From Vicugna vicugna (taxonomy: Eukaryota): a DNA stretch of 64,000 nt. The notes under the pieces were generated by a model that was not told where the DNA came from, did no database searches, and saw only the letters and a list, made by a program, of their open reading frames with translations. The first letter of the stretch is position 1. Every line of letters starts with the position of its first letter. This document shows positions 39,501 through 53,035 of the stretch, in pieces. The stretch is from positions 6,571,260 through 6,635,259 of the forward strand of contig MU058844.1 in the NCBI GenBank assembly GCA_013265495.1. The letters run 5' to 3'. A program made the position numbers and the translations under genes.

Positions 39501-41254
39501 CACCTTCCATAAATTACCCCCAAAATGTGGTGTGTTAAGGTTTGTGTAGGGGCAATGAAATGAAGAAGTTGCACATGTCAGCACTGTCCTTTTCACACCT
39601 ACAACAGCAATGAGTAATACTGATGAACATAAATGAGAACTGAATTAAAATTTCAGTTCCAGGCATTCTCTATGTGCATGTGTGTTTATAAGCATATGCA
39701 TATGTACATTTACAGTGCTCAGAATTATTATTTTAAAAGTTTAAGCTATGACAAAGATAATAGTGCTAAAGTTTGTATAGAAATGTCACCTTATGTGTGT
39801 AAGTTCAACTTTCTACACTTTAAAAGTCCATTCCTAGGATTTTAGGAGTGTCTGTCACATTCATAAAGGTGTCTTTAATAGTGCTTCCTACTTTGCAGAT
39901 TTTGTTAATAGCTGCATAGTGTGAGTTAACACTAGTTCTTAAGGAAAAAAACAAACATATAGATTAAATAACGACTGAATATGTGTAAATGAAGTTCAAT
40001 AAGTGTAGGATAGTTTTACCAATCTAAATCTTGAATATTCTTCAACTATAATTACATAAATTATGTCCTTTAACTTTCACAACAAACTTTTCTGGCAAGT
40101 ACCCTACTGATGAGTAAACTGAGACAGAGAGCCATGAAGTAACTTGCAAAAAGGCCCACATTTAGGAAATAGAAAGTTTTGGGATTTAAACAAGCAGTCC
40201 AGCTACAGGGTTAGCTCTTAGCTTCTTCTATGCTGTAATGGTTGTATGCCCCCAGCCACTGGTCATGTGTGTTGCTGAGTTAAGATCTGAGAAACACTGG
40301 AACAAACAATCAAGTGCACAAAAGCTCCTCTTCTTATGAACAAGATAAATTATGAAAGGTTATATCTAAATTGTATATGCTTATATATGTTTATACCTAA
40401 ATTTTGTATGTTTATATTGCTTTAGCAATACTGCATTATTAAATGTTTGTGCCTTTTCCTGGGTTTAGGCCGAGGCAATATACTTTTGTTCTGAAAAGTA
40501 TGTTCAAATCTATGAAAGGTTGCAAGTTGGAGAAGTTTGTAAAATGAGGAGCCTCTGATTATGACATTTTTAAAGAACAAAGTAGAGGCTGGCTAGAACA
40601 ACCCGTCAAACAAACAAAGGCAATTAGATTTAGGTCTTGGACTTGAGGCAGAATCACATTTAATTAGAATTCCCCTTAATCACAAGCATGAAACAGCATA
40701 AGTAATCCTTTATATGCTAGTATTCCATTAGTGTATGCCTTTAAACTACTCTCAATAGTATATTAGATATTTGAGTTGGATAGATATTTAAGTAGATAGA
40801 TACTTGCATTAGTATTCAAATATGAATCCAATTACTTCATCAAGAGAATAGTAAAATGTACAAAGAATTAGGAATTAGACACCTTATCTTTGGACCACAA
40901 ATAAACCACTTAACAGCTGTGAAACATGAACCAAAAAAAGAGGACTTTTTGGGTCTCTGCTTCTAAAAACCTAATTTAATAATACCTACTCTTAGGATCA
41001 TTATCAATATTAAATGAGATAAATTATGTAAAAGTGCCTTAGCAGTTTATACTATGCCAGATCGACAATATATACTTTAAAGATCTCAACCCTTGTAGCC
41101 TCCTGCATTTTTTTGGTTAATTATGTATATATAATATATACATATATATATCTATCTATATGTAATATACACTGTCATTCTTAATTCTCACAACTTCTAA
41201 TGAATCTTCCCTGTTTCCTTATGATATGGTGCCTCTAACTTCTCCACTGGCTCC

Positions 41255-42037
41255 TCATATTAGTTAAGTATAGACTAAGGAGTTAGGAAAAAGACACTCC
41301 AAAATAAAGAGGCATCCTGTAGGGAGAATGGAGAGTCAGGCTCCCCCTCTGGAGGGCCGGTGCCCAGAGACTCAGCAGTATTATCCCGCATGCGCAGTAC
41401 CCATGTGTTGTTACGTAACGATGACTTGCGCTATGCAAGCGCACTGGTTAGCCCATAGGTTATAACTGGCTGGGTGCAGGCTTTGTTTCCCTTGCTGTAC
41501 AAGGCGGGCGGGACTTGCTGCTGCCGCCATTGAAGGTGTGTGCTCCTCCCCGCAATGAAGGCACGGCAGGGACACCTGCGGCTCTGCATCCACGCGTGTT
41601 CTTGGGCCTGCCCGAATCCGTGCACCTGCCAGGCCTCCAGCCTCTCGAGCACTGGCAATACACATACTAAGATCAATGTTGTTTCTCTCTTACCTATTTT
41701 GTCTGGAGACAAGCTGCAGGTGTCTCTGGTCTATTTATGGGCTCAGGTTCCCTTACCCTTGTTGCTCTTTTACTTGGTTAAGTCGCCACAACTTCCACAT
41801 TCCAGCCTATAGGAAGAAGGGCAGAGCAGGAGTGAAGTTAAGTAAGACTTACAGAGGTAGTAAAGATCTCTTCCACTCACGGACCACTGGCTATGGCTTA
41901 GTCACCTGTATGGCCACCCTTAGCTGTAAGGGAAGTTGAGAAATTTGGGCTCCAGCTGAGTCTCTATGTGCTCAGCTAAAACTTATTTCTGTGGAAAAAA
42001 GGAGTAACTTTTGGGGACCAATTAGGCGTCTGCCACA
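41255..42037 (-). mobile_element. Old MaLR LTR (MLT1J/K-like), interrupted by a younger LTR
   Basis: Ends ...caattaggcgtctgccaca; internal cttagtcac...tggccacccttagctgtaagggaagttgagaaat; cacattccagcc. Confidence 0.6.
41318..41662 (+). mobile_element. Young CpG-rich solo LTR (probably ERV2/betaretrovirus-like)
   Basis: TGTA...TACA termini, 345 bp, TSD-like catcc/catac, TATAA at 41461, aatgaa poly(A)-like signal, many intact CpGs. Confidence 0.7.
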
Positions 42038-42100
42038 CATCTCATCAACACTTAGGTCTATTCAGGTTTTTTCTACCTTAAAAAACACAACAAAACAAAG

Positions 42101-43440
42101 TGTAGGGGAGCAAAATTTGCCACCCCAACATGTATCTGGCATGCAGATTACTTTGAGCTAAAATAAACCAAGACCCAGAAGACTCAGGAAGAAACTTTAA
42201 CCTTTTCCCTAACTGCCTAAAACTGTAAATAGAGGACCTACTCCAGAAAGGGAACTATTTCCATAGAAAACTATAGTATGATCTAGGTGTGCAGGTAGGG
42301 AGGAACCTAGCAAAAATCTGTTTGTGAGCATTTCTGTGTGTCCCACTGTCTCCACACAGCCCAGCAAACCGTTTGTTTCCCCTACAACTGCTTTCCTATT
42401 TTCATGTGAACTGCCTTCCTCCCCTCTGAAATCCCAAACCCTTAGCCCCCAAATCCTCTTTTGTCTTTAGTTGAAGATGATATGGAAGGTGAGGGTTTCT
42501 GCCATTTTGGTGAATTACTCAGTACTCCTGGTTCTCTCCCATGTATACATGTTATTAAATTTTTGCTACTAAACCAAACTTGGATTTACGTGCCCACCAT
42601 GCAGCAAAGACAGCTTACTGGCACCAGGTTGTGGTAAAGGAGAGCACAGCTACTGTAGGCACCAAGCAAGGGGAATGGGGAGCTCATTCTCAGAAGACCT
42701 GAGCTTCCTGGTGGCTTTTAGGGTTTTTAAAGGCAACATTTGGGATGAGGGCTGCAGGGGCATGACTTTCTTCTGATTGGTTGGTGGTGAGGTAACAGGA
42801 TGATGTTTTGGGAATCTTAACCCTCCGCTTTCTGGTTCCAAACAGTCTGGGTTCTAGAGCTTGTGCTCAGCATGTAGTCACCATGCTTGGCCTGGGGGTT
42901 GGGTAGGCGGGGTTCTTACTTCCTACAGAACAACTCAAAGATATGCGTCAGATTTTGTATAGCTTTTGAGAGGATCTAGGACTGTTTTAGCTCTGAATTA
43001 TTGCCATTACTTTTCTGGCTTAACTGCTTTTCATTTGTTTCTGCATTTTCTCATTTCCCTAATTAGTAATTGCTTGTGCTGCTCTTTGGAACTCGGGGAA
43101 GGCCTAGGATACTAAGCCTTTTTCCTGCAAACAAGAAATGGGGGACACAGAGGGGGTTTCATCTGTCCAGGGAGGGCCCCACAGGGTGGTGCTTGGTTTC
43201 AGTCTCCCCTTTTTTTTGATACTCCTCAATCCTGAGGGGAATATGGGCGGGACAAGAAAGGGAATCAAGTATTGGATAGAGAGATATTAATCAAATTCAT
43301 CAAGGAAACTCAGTTTTAGGGAGACTCGGTTTCAATTTTCTGTGAATGTTCTCCTGTTAATCTGTCTCATGTCAATTTAATTCATAGACCAGCCACAAAA
43401 AGCTAGAAGGATAGAGAAAAAAATTTCTTTCTCCCTGACA
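42101..43440 (+). mobile_element. ERV1 solo LTR split by a nested MER41-like LTR
   Basis: tgtaggggagcaaaatttgccacccc...ctccctgaca with 4-bp TSD AAAG (42097-42100 / 43441-43444). Arms are 42101-42563 and 43335-43440. Confidence 0.8.
42564..43334 (-). mobile_element. MER41-like (cetartiodactyl) ERV1 LTR
   Basis: tgctactaaaccaaacttgg...ggttgtggtaaaggagagcacagc...ctgattggttggtggtgaggtaacagg...ctcggtttca; duplicated atttt on both sides. Confidence 0.8.
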
Positions 43441-43891
43441 AAAGTTAAACAAAAATAACAAAACTCTTGCCTTTTTTCTACTTTACCTTCCATCTGCTAT
43501 CTTACCTCATTGTTCTTCCCATTTGTAGCCAAACCTCTCCAGTGCTATTTCCAGTCTCTCCCTCATCCCTGCAGCTATCTGGTGATCCCCCTCTTCTTCC
43601 TACTTTACAAAACCAAATACTTCCTTCCATAGTTTATATAGATAATGAACTAAATATATAAATTCTATATTTAGGTGTGATTACTTCAGTCATTCATTGA
43701 AACATTATTGTGGAGTCGGACAGAGTTCTAGATGGTGAACTGCAGCCGTGGTATTCTCACTGAGGATGCAGAAAATAAACATAACACTCCATTCATGTTT
43801 GTTTTTCACCATATCCACAAGGACTAAGAGGGATGGGCATTGTAATTTGATGAGGTCATGATTATCTGAGGCAAGGCAAGAACATAGACGG

Positions 43892-44514
43892 TGTGATGGC
43901 TAATTTAAATTGTCAGCTTGATTGGGCCACCAGATGCAGATATCTGGGTTAGACACTATCTTTGGGTGTGTCTGTGAGCGTTTTTCTGGAAGAGACTGAC
44001 ATGTGAATTGGTGGACTGAGTGAAGCAGATTCCTACCCCGACCCCTAGTGTGGGTGGGTATCCTCCAATCCTTCGAGGGCTTGAACGGAACAAAAAGGCA
44101 GAGGAAGGGTGTCTGTACCCTGCCGGACATGACATGGGACATCCATCTGCCCTCAGCACTCCTGGTTCTCAAGTCTTCAGATTAGAACTGGCATCTACAT
44201 TACCGACCTTTCTAGGTCTCCAGCTTGCAGATTATGGGACATTTTAGCCTCATAACTACATGAGCCAGTACCTTAGGTCAGGAACCCCACTTTAAATTCT
44301 TCTCGGTAGTTAAGGGAGGGACAGCAGTTTCTCTTGAGTCTGTTGGGTCTCCACTGCCTTTAGTTCAAAATAGCTCAAAATATTTTAGGGAGGTCTGTTC
44401 TGAAACCCTACAGTTATAATAAAGCTCATTTATTCATGCATATATAGAGAAGTTGGCACTTGAATATATATACTCCTACTGCTCCTGTTTCTCTGGAGAA
44501 CCCTGACTAATACA
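43892..44514 (+). mobile_element. MLT2-like ERVL solo LTR containing a ~140-bp LTR fragment (about 44275-44412)
   Basis: tgtgatggctaattt...gtcagcttgattgggccac...tgtttctctggagaaccctgactaataca. Confidence 0.85.
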
Positions 44515-47500
44515 TAAGACAACAACTATGTCTGTTTTCCCTCCACTGTATTTCTAGTTTCTAGTATAGTGTCTGACACAGAGAAGGCACTGAATAAGTA
44601 TCTATTGAAAACATTAGATAATTATAACTGACCATATATTTATCTTATTGGTTTGACTTTTTTGGAAGCTCAGAGTTCAAATATACTGCCCACTTCTTGC
44701 AATTGTACATGACCTATGATATTCAATGTACGTGCACACAGATTTTCTTCTGACCGACTTAGTGGCAGCAAAGGTGTGGTGTGGCTCTCGGGTGCAAAAA
44801 TAGAACTAATTCCTAAATACCAGTCTTGGAGATCCCCTTAAGCTATAAAAGCTTCAAGCTTTTCATCTGTAAAATGGATATAACACCATGTACTTTCTAC
44901 TGCTTTCACAATGAAATCATATAAAGGAACTTAAATATCACAAGTACTCAGTATTTGTTGGTTTTCTAATCAAGTGAACTATTTGGTCAGAATAAAGTTC
45001 ATGTATTTCTCCTCTTCTTCACAATAGTAAACATAAACAGTAAAAATGAAGATTTTTTCCTTTTGAGATTTGTTCTCTTCACCATAGTTCTTTTCATAAT
45101 ATAATTCTTCTCACAAGAGAACATTAAATGCAGTCAATTTACATGAAAGGATTCCGTGACCCAGAAGCATCTGTTCACATGACATGTCTAACACTTGTCT
45201 TTATACTGTCACTTCTGCATTTTTTCTTTCTGTTGAAGATCTATGTCTAGCCAGAGTTTCTTAGTAGAGTGAGTAAGTTGGATTTGTTTGTTATGGGTAC
45301 TATAGAATCTTCCCTCTCCTAGTTTCACTAAGTTTCCCAAACTCAAATTAAAAAAAAAAAAGCACGTGAAAAAATCTTATGGTTTGCAGAAGTTACTAAT
45401 GTTACTCCATATATATGATCTTCTAATTCTATTCAACTTAAACTGATCTTTGGACTCCAGAAAATCTCCTTCTCTAGCTTTCTTTAAATGAGCATGGTAA
45501 TATTTAATAGAATTCTCAATCTTGTGATGGTAATAGAGGAAGGTGTTTGTGATGCTGGAACTCCTCTTTTTCACATCATGCAGCAGAAAAGGGTTTTTAG
45601 CTTTCTTTACAAAAGACAAATCATAAAAAGACAGAGACAAAGGAACAGAATGATCAGATCTGCTCTACATGTACATTTTAAAATGCAACTTCACAACCAT
45701 CTCTGGAAAACACACCCCTTTATGGTCCCACAGTCTCCCACTTCAGTTTTCTCTGCTTGCTTTCTTTGCTCCTTTCTTCTCTTTCCTTAACAGTCTGCAT
45801 GATCAGGGCAATACACTTGAAAACTCCAGTTGCCTGAATCAATATTTCTATCTGTTTCATTTTGCTTAAATCCTTTTACACACTGTTGCAGACCAGCAGC
45901 CACATAAGCACTGTCACATGCTTTTCTGTTGCTAAGGGTAACACTACAGATGGCAAAAACTGGCTACTGTACGTCACATGTTACACACACAAACATGATG
46001 ATTTGAAACAGCTTAAACCATTCAATGGCAGTTTGCCTCTAAGTGTTAGGATTTTATATGCACGTGATCACACGACCTTTCAAACACTATGCTGAATCAA
46101 GTTAAATAAAATGATTTCCTTTCTGTGTTATTATGAAAGTGATTAGTTGCCTTTATGACTAAGCTAGACATCATTCAAAGACAATGAAAATATATAAAGT
46201 ATGTAATACACAAGGTCATGTGTAAAAAGGATATAGTCAAGTTCATATTACATTTGAATTTCAAATTTCTGTATCTCTGCCTGGTGCATTGTATTGTGCA
46301 TGTTGTCTTTCTCTTGACTTTACCTTGAACGAAGTGCTTCAGACTTCAGGATTCCACATATATTTTAAAAGTACTTACTACTGAAGATCCAGAAATAGAT
46401 ATACAAAAATATAAATATATGTAAGTAGATGACATTTATGATATAAATATATACATATGTAAATCATATAAACATAAAACTATTCTTTCATTGATCAGAG
46501 ATTCTCAGTGCTTAGTTTTGTCTGGATTTTGTTCTTTCTGAACAGCTGTCAATCATTTTGATGAATAAAATTGAACAGATTATCTTGGAAAAATCGGAAT
46601 CTATTTTCATGCAATGAAAGTTGAGTCTCAAGTCTCTAAGGACAGAGAATTGAAAAGCTGAAGCAATTATTCAGCTAATTAAAGTGAGAAAATGAAGCAC
46701 ATTACCTAGTCTAATTCACTGAGGTATTACTGTGTTTTCACATTGCTATTGCAGGTATGAATTAATAATGCTACTAAAAAATTGAAACATCTGAAACCTC
46801 TAAACACTTTGGGACATAAAAACTGATTTTGGCTTTTGGATACCATTTATCTCTATCTATGTTATGTCTGTGTTCTCCATTTTTTTTGGTGAAGTCAAAG
46901 GAACATGGATTTAAGTCAGAAATAGAGACTTGAATTTGTCTTTTCCCTGGCTGGAAATCTAACATGATGTTGGATTTTTTTTAACCTGAGTCTCAGTTTC
47001 TTCATATGTAAAACAAAAAAGAACACAGGTTTGGAACATCTACATGCAAATATATTTTTAAATGATACATTTTCACATTAATATACATTGTTGTTAGGTG
47101 CTGGTTTATTGTGTTAGAACTTCAAGTGGTAGAGCTCATTCAGAAAAAAAAAATCAGATCAAAATGGAAAAAAAAACCAAACCAAAAGCAAACAAACAGA
47201 AAACAACAAATTAGCAACAGCATCATTTGAGTTTTAAAATAAAAATATCACCTGACAGCATAATTTGATATATCATCTAACAGTAAATGTGCACATTTAT
47301 TTGTTTTTATATGTAGTTGAAGGATCCATTTCAAAATACAACAAATAAAGGCATTTAAAATAAGGATAGAGTTATGTGCTCAATTATTGATTTATGAAGA
47401 ATAGCATCATTCAGAACTCTGTTAGAAGCCATGCTTTTATTTTACCTTGCCTACCCTTGTATCATTTTCCATAAGAGTCATTAACTAAAATTCAGAAAAA

Positions 47501-48879
47501 TCGAACCACTTAATGTCATTCATTTTACTAATCAGTATGTGCCTGTTTTAGCTAATTGAATTGCAAATACCGGGAACAAAATATATATTTAAATGTTCGA
47601 TTTAGTTATGCAGAGAATCATATTTCGGAGAGATATAATGGTCTCAGGAGCTCATCCAGCCCTGTCACATGCTGCAAGTACTATCAATCACATGTGTAAA
47701 TAAGACAGTCTGAACAAGATTGTGGAATGACTTGGTTCAAGACAAAAACCTTTAATGGAAGAAATGGGGTTATAATTAATATTTCTGTAATTTGCATAAT
47801 TTCTTGGTGAAGCGCTGATTTACTTTTCAGGATTGTTTTCCTAAAAAAAAATTCAGATGATTCTACTTTGCTCCTTTTATATAGCCCCTTTGTTATTTTA
47901 ACTAATTCACCTAAAGTGTGACTGAATTTCATTGTGCTTTCCTTAAGAAATGCTCTCATTTTCTCTCAAAGGAGATAAAACACAGATTTTAGTTGGGAAT
48001 GTTACTTTTAGACACCGGTCACTGTGCAGCCACCTGAACTTAGTGGGAACTGTGGAAGTTCAAAGATCTTGCCACACTCTCTTCCTTGGGAATCACTTTT
48101 TAGAGATTCTTGCTTCTGCCAGGAACACCATCTCTGCCTTCCCTGTTTTATCTCAGGTTAACTTAGACACGAGTCTTAGCCCCTTCAATAGTTTGCACAA
48201 GCAGTCCACTTGACTACAGATTTTATAGGCTTCAGGGCACTAAACTGGAGATTCAGGAGAAAGAGTTACGGTGGGAGACATGTCGTTCCCCCCACCTCCA
48301 CTCTCTTCCCTCCTGAGTCCTAGCTTGGCCCCTCTGACCTCTAAAGTGCCTAATTTTTCTTCAATCCTGAAGAGCAAATGAGTTTCCTTTGGCCCTAAAC
48401 TCCAATTTTCATTTTGAAACCCACCAAGGAGCTTGTTTTAATTGTATTCAAGTAAACTTAATTTTTCTTTATTAACAGATTTCCTCATGTCAGTTAACAG
48501 CAATATAAGCATAGAACTGGAAAACTAAGAATAGCCTTAATTTAGTAATTAAACTATTGATCACCCTTACTAGTGATGTTTTATCCCCCTCTTCTGTTTT
48601 CTCTCAGTATCAAATATTGTTTTGATCATCTGTCCCCCAATTCCTCTTCAAAAGGTCAGTATTGTAACTATTCAACTGGTGTGTACTTAATGTCTGCTGT
48701 TTTGCAGAACAGTTCTTTGCTATGGAGATTATAGAGACATATAGAGCATGGTCGTTGACTTGAAAAAGATGAAATATGCTTAGGGAAATAAAATTTAACC
48801 ACAGGAACAATTTGGAGAACAACAAGTAAGTACGATATCCATAGGATATATCAGGCTTTCATTTTTTTTCCCCAGGCTA

Positions 48880-49650
48880 TAAAATATTATTGAGTCTCTT
48901 GTTTTTGCAAGTCATTCTGCTTGATGCTTGGGATACAAGGCTGGACAATATAGACATGGTCCTTGCCTTTGTGGAAGGCAACAAACATTAAACAAATAAC
49001 TGCAGGAATTAGACAGTGATTAAAATGATCATAAGCAAAGTACCACATGCTGAGAGCCTCTGTAATAAAGAAGCCTAGTCTGGAGAGCTGAGAAGTGTAC
49101 CGTGAGAAAGCTACATTTAAGTTGGAGGAATAGGTTGTGAGTGCAGAGGACAGAAGAGAGTAAATCAGAGGAAGGGTACGGGAAAGTACTGATTCAGCCG
49201 TCCAGGGCATTTGAGGGTGACAGTGATCAGGGGTGAGTGTGAGCGGAATAGTGAGAGATGATGATGAAAAGTGGCCAGATTCTGTAGGATGTTGTAAGCC
49301 ACATGTAGGATTTTGGATTCTAGACTAAGTGTAGTTAAAAATCTATTGCCAGAGCCTTAGGCAGGGTAGTAAGTACTGTGATCAAATTTGCCTTTTAAAA
49401 TGTCATTATGACTACTAAGAGAGAATGAATTATAGGTAGTGAAGGGGGCTATTCATAGTCTACGTGGTACAACATTAAGACATGGTCGGGATAGTGGCAG
49501 CGTTAACAGAGATAAATAAGGAAATTTAAATTGCATTTATGAAGTTGAATTAAGAGTTCCTGGTTAGGGGTTGAATATGAGAGGTAAAGGAGAAAAAGTA
49601 TCAGCAAAGGCTCTCAGATTCCTGGCAGAGGCACATAGGTGGAATAATGG
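48880..49650 (-). mobile_element. LINE-2 fragment(s)
   Basis: tattattgagtctc...gacatggtccttgcc...ggccagattctgtagg...atcaaatttgccttttaaaa; similar L2 motifs continue at ~50020-50410. Confidence 0.65.
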
Positions 49651-51299
49651 AAGAGTGAATTAGAAAAGGAAAGATTCACATGAGCTGGAGTAACTGAATA
49701 AGGATCATGCAGGATATGATTCAGACGGAGACACAGGATTTAGGTGGAGAAAAGGGGGCAGGGCCATTAGGGAAGGACATCTTTGCACATACTTGGTAAC
49801 AGTGTGCACGTCACTGGTATCGGACACATCTTTGGTGATCCTTATATTTAGGCTTCAGTAGGCAGAGAAATTAGAATCCTTGAAAGTCAAAGCCTTGCTT
49901 TAACTAGCTCATAATAGGACCAAAATACATGCATTATATTCTCTTTGTTTTAAAATGTTCTTTTTTAAAAATTTTTTAACAACTGGAAAAGGAGCAGCAA
50001 TAAATTCTACTTTGAAAAGTTACTGCGGTGGTTCAGTATGAGATCACTGAACTAGGCGGGAGGCACTGAGAACAAAGAGAGAGAAAGAGGTAAGAGAACA
50101 TTTTTAAGAGAAAAATAACAAAATTCAGTGGCTTAATACACTAGATTAAGAGAAGAATGGTTCAGACTTAACAACTGGATGACAAGAAAAATAGTGCAGC
50201 TATGATTAAAGCAGGAAAGTTCCGTGACTCTTTGGGGAGCAAGATGAAATGTTTGGCTTTGGAAATGTTTAAAGCAAAATATCCAGTGTTTTATAGGAGA
50301 AATAAGGCTGGAGCTTAGAGGGGATGTCAGGTGGGTAAATTCACAGAAGAAAAGAAGAGAGAGAGAGAACAGAAGACTGAGGACTGGATTTAAGGTCCTA
50401 GTGGTCCACAACTTGCTTTCAGCGTTTTCAATAATAGAGATAATAGGATTTGTATTTAAAGTCAGTAACTAGAATGGTAATGTTTTTTGACAGCTGCATA
50501 TACACTCACTGGATGAGATTATAAATTAACTTGCTTAAAGCTATTTACTTTAGTTATTTCTGGGCATCGCGGCTTTAGTGAGGAGACATGCCAGATGTAA
50601 TTTACATTATGTAGGTATTAAGGACAAATCTTGTGATGTTGCTGGCTAATGGTTCAGAAAAGTTTTTTTTTTATTTTTAAAAAATTCCCTAAATTATGCT
50701 TCTTAATGATTACTTGTTCAACGGGGTTTTATTTTGGATTAATTAATTTCAGAACCTAATATTTTATGACTACACTTTACATGAAAGACATGAAGACTGT
50801 TAATTGGAGATAATTTGCTAACTACTGGTTCAACATAGGAAGCACTGTAAAACATATTTCTAGAACTTGTTTTCATAGTAATTCACTGTTCTTTTCTGAA
50901 AATATTTGAAGTCAAGTAGAGTAAAATATCCAAGCGGTGTTGAGAATTTTAAAGAAAAATTTTGTTTAAAATTATTTACAATGTAAGTGTATATTATTTA
51001 TTAAATAAATATTTTATTTATTTATTTAATAAATAAATATTACTTATTAAAATAAATACCTCTTCTTCCTCCATGAGAATGTAAGAGCAGGGACAGACTA
51101 TTGCACCTGTTTTTATTACAGACTAACAACGAGTTGCTCAATAAATAATAACTGAGCAAATGAATGCATCTCTTACCGTCTTCACTATTTCAATAAGAGA
51201 TAAATAACAAAGCTATGAGATATTCACGTTTTATGAATTTTTATAATATGTGAGGCACAATAGGAAAAGATCATATTTCTACCTCAAACTAGACTTTTT

Positions 51300-52225
51300 T
51301 CCAGGAAGGTTTATTTTGAAAATTATCAAGCTTAAAGAAAAAGTAAAGAATTTTATAGTAAATAAATTTGTACCCACCACCTAGATTCTGTGATTAGCTT
51401 TTTACTATACTTGCTTTCTGACATAATTATCTAACCATCCCACTATCCGTCTATTAATCCATTTTTTGATGCTTTTCCAAATAAGCTGCAGGCATCAGAA
51501 CCTTTCCCCAAGTATTTAAGTATGTATGGCATAAACTAAAATTTTATAGAATTTTTTTTCTTTTGAGATAAATTTAAATACAATGAAATGCAAAAACCTT
51601 AAGTGTACCATTCAGTAAGCTGAGGTACCATTCACAGTACACACTCTTGTGCAACCCCAAATTTCTATCAAGATGTGGAAGATTACTAGAACCCCAGAAG
51701 GGTTCTTCATTCTCAGTCAATTCTGTTCCCACCACCCCAGAAACAGCCATTATTCTTTTTCCCTGGTTGATTAGTCTGTCCTGTTCTAGAACTTCATGTA
51801 GATCATACAGTCCATACTCTTTTGTGTAAGAGCTCTTTCACTCAGCACTATGTGTTTGAGATTCCATTTAATTTTACTGCTGAGTAGTATTCCACTGTAT
51901 GAATAAGCCACAATTTATTTTATCTCTTCTCCTGTTGGTGCGTGTCTGGGCTGTTTCTAGTTTTAAGCTATAATGAGTAAGTTTCTACGACCATTCTTGT
52001 ATATTTTATGTGTGTGAACATGTTTTCATTCCTCTTCAGTAAATTCTGGCCCTCCGGGTAGGTATATGCTTAATGTTACAAATATTGCCAGACCTTTTTG
52101 CAACGCGGTTGAACCACTTTCCTTCCACTCCCACCAATAAAGCATGAGGGCTGAGTTGGGTCTACCTTCTCATTCCGTTTGATGTTGTCAGTCTGTTTTT
52201 AACGTTAGACATTCTGATAGTTGTA
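51300..52225 (-). mobile_element. Old LINE-1 3' fragments (L1MB/MC/ME-like)
   Basis: ctttcactcagcactatg, actgctgagtagtattccactgtatgaata, tgggctgtttctagtttt, cactcccaccaata. Confidence 0.8.
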
Positions 52226-53035
52226 AGATTTGTTAAATGACACCTGTACTCCTAGATTCTTCTCCTGTAGGTCACGGTCACAGACGCAGTGTTTCATTCT
52301 GGTTAGAAAGACATGCACAATCCTATGAAACTGACGATTCTTTTTCCCCTTCCTTTATGCCCCCATCTGCAGGACACCACAGACAGTCTTAGAGGGTTTT
52401 GTTTTTTGTTTTTTGGGGTTTTTTTTCTCTAAGAATCACAAAGGAACATGAAATAAGGAACTTACTCTACGTAAGGCTGCCCCTCCTCAGACTCTGGACT
52501 CCATTAGGATTCAAGAAGGAGCCCAGAAGATCTGTGCCCTCCATGTGAGACCACCCACTGCCGGCCTCGACATCATCACTGTCCAGCAAAGACAGGGAGC
52601 CCAGAGCTCTGCATGTTCCTGGCGAAGAATATCTCCTTCCCTCTCCTGAACACTCTTCACAGCCTCAGCATCACCAGCTGCCTAGAGATGATGAGAACTC
52701 CTTTTATCATGCCGTAAACATGGGATTACTTCCGTCACAACGAGGTGGTGAGGACATCTAGGCTGTTTCTCGTCCTCTCAGCTCCATCCCCGTGTGGTCC
52801 TATGGGCAGTGAGACAACTATAAGACAACATGTGTTTTGTTTGCTGTTTGGATCCTGCACTAGGATATAACCTCCATCACAGCAGAGATGTTTTTTTGTT
52901 TTTGTTCACTGCTGTATCCTCAGTGCCTAGAGTACCTGACACATTGTACATGTTTAACAAGTATTTGTTGAATGAATAAGTTGCCTCTGGCAAATAGTTT
53001 CCTGTCCTGCAATGGGAAAAACTTTGATTCTTACA

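Noticed and set aside
41411..41939. Cluster of overlapping GC-rich ORFs on both strands
   Set aside because: They fall in LTR sequence, where high GC lowers stop-codon frequency. No recognisable protein or splice structure.
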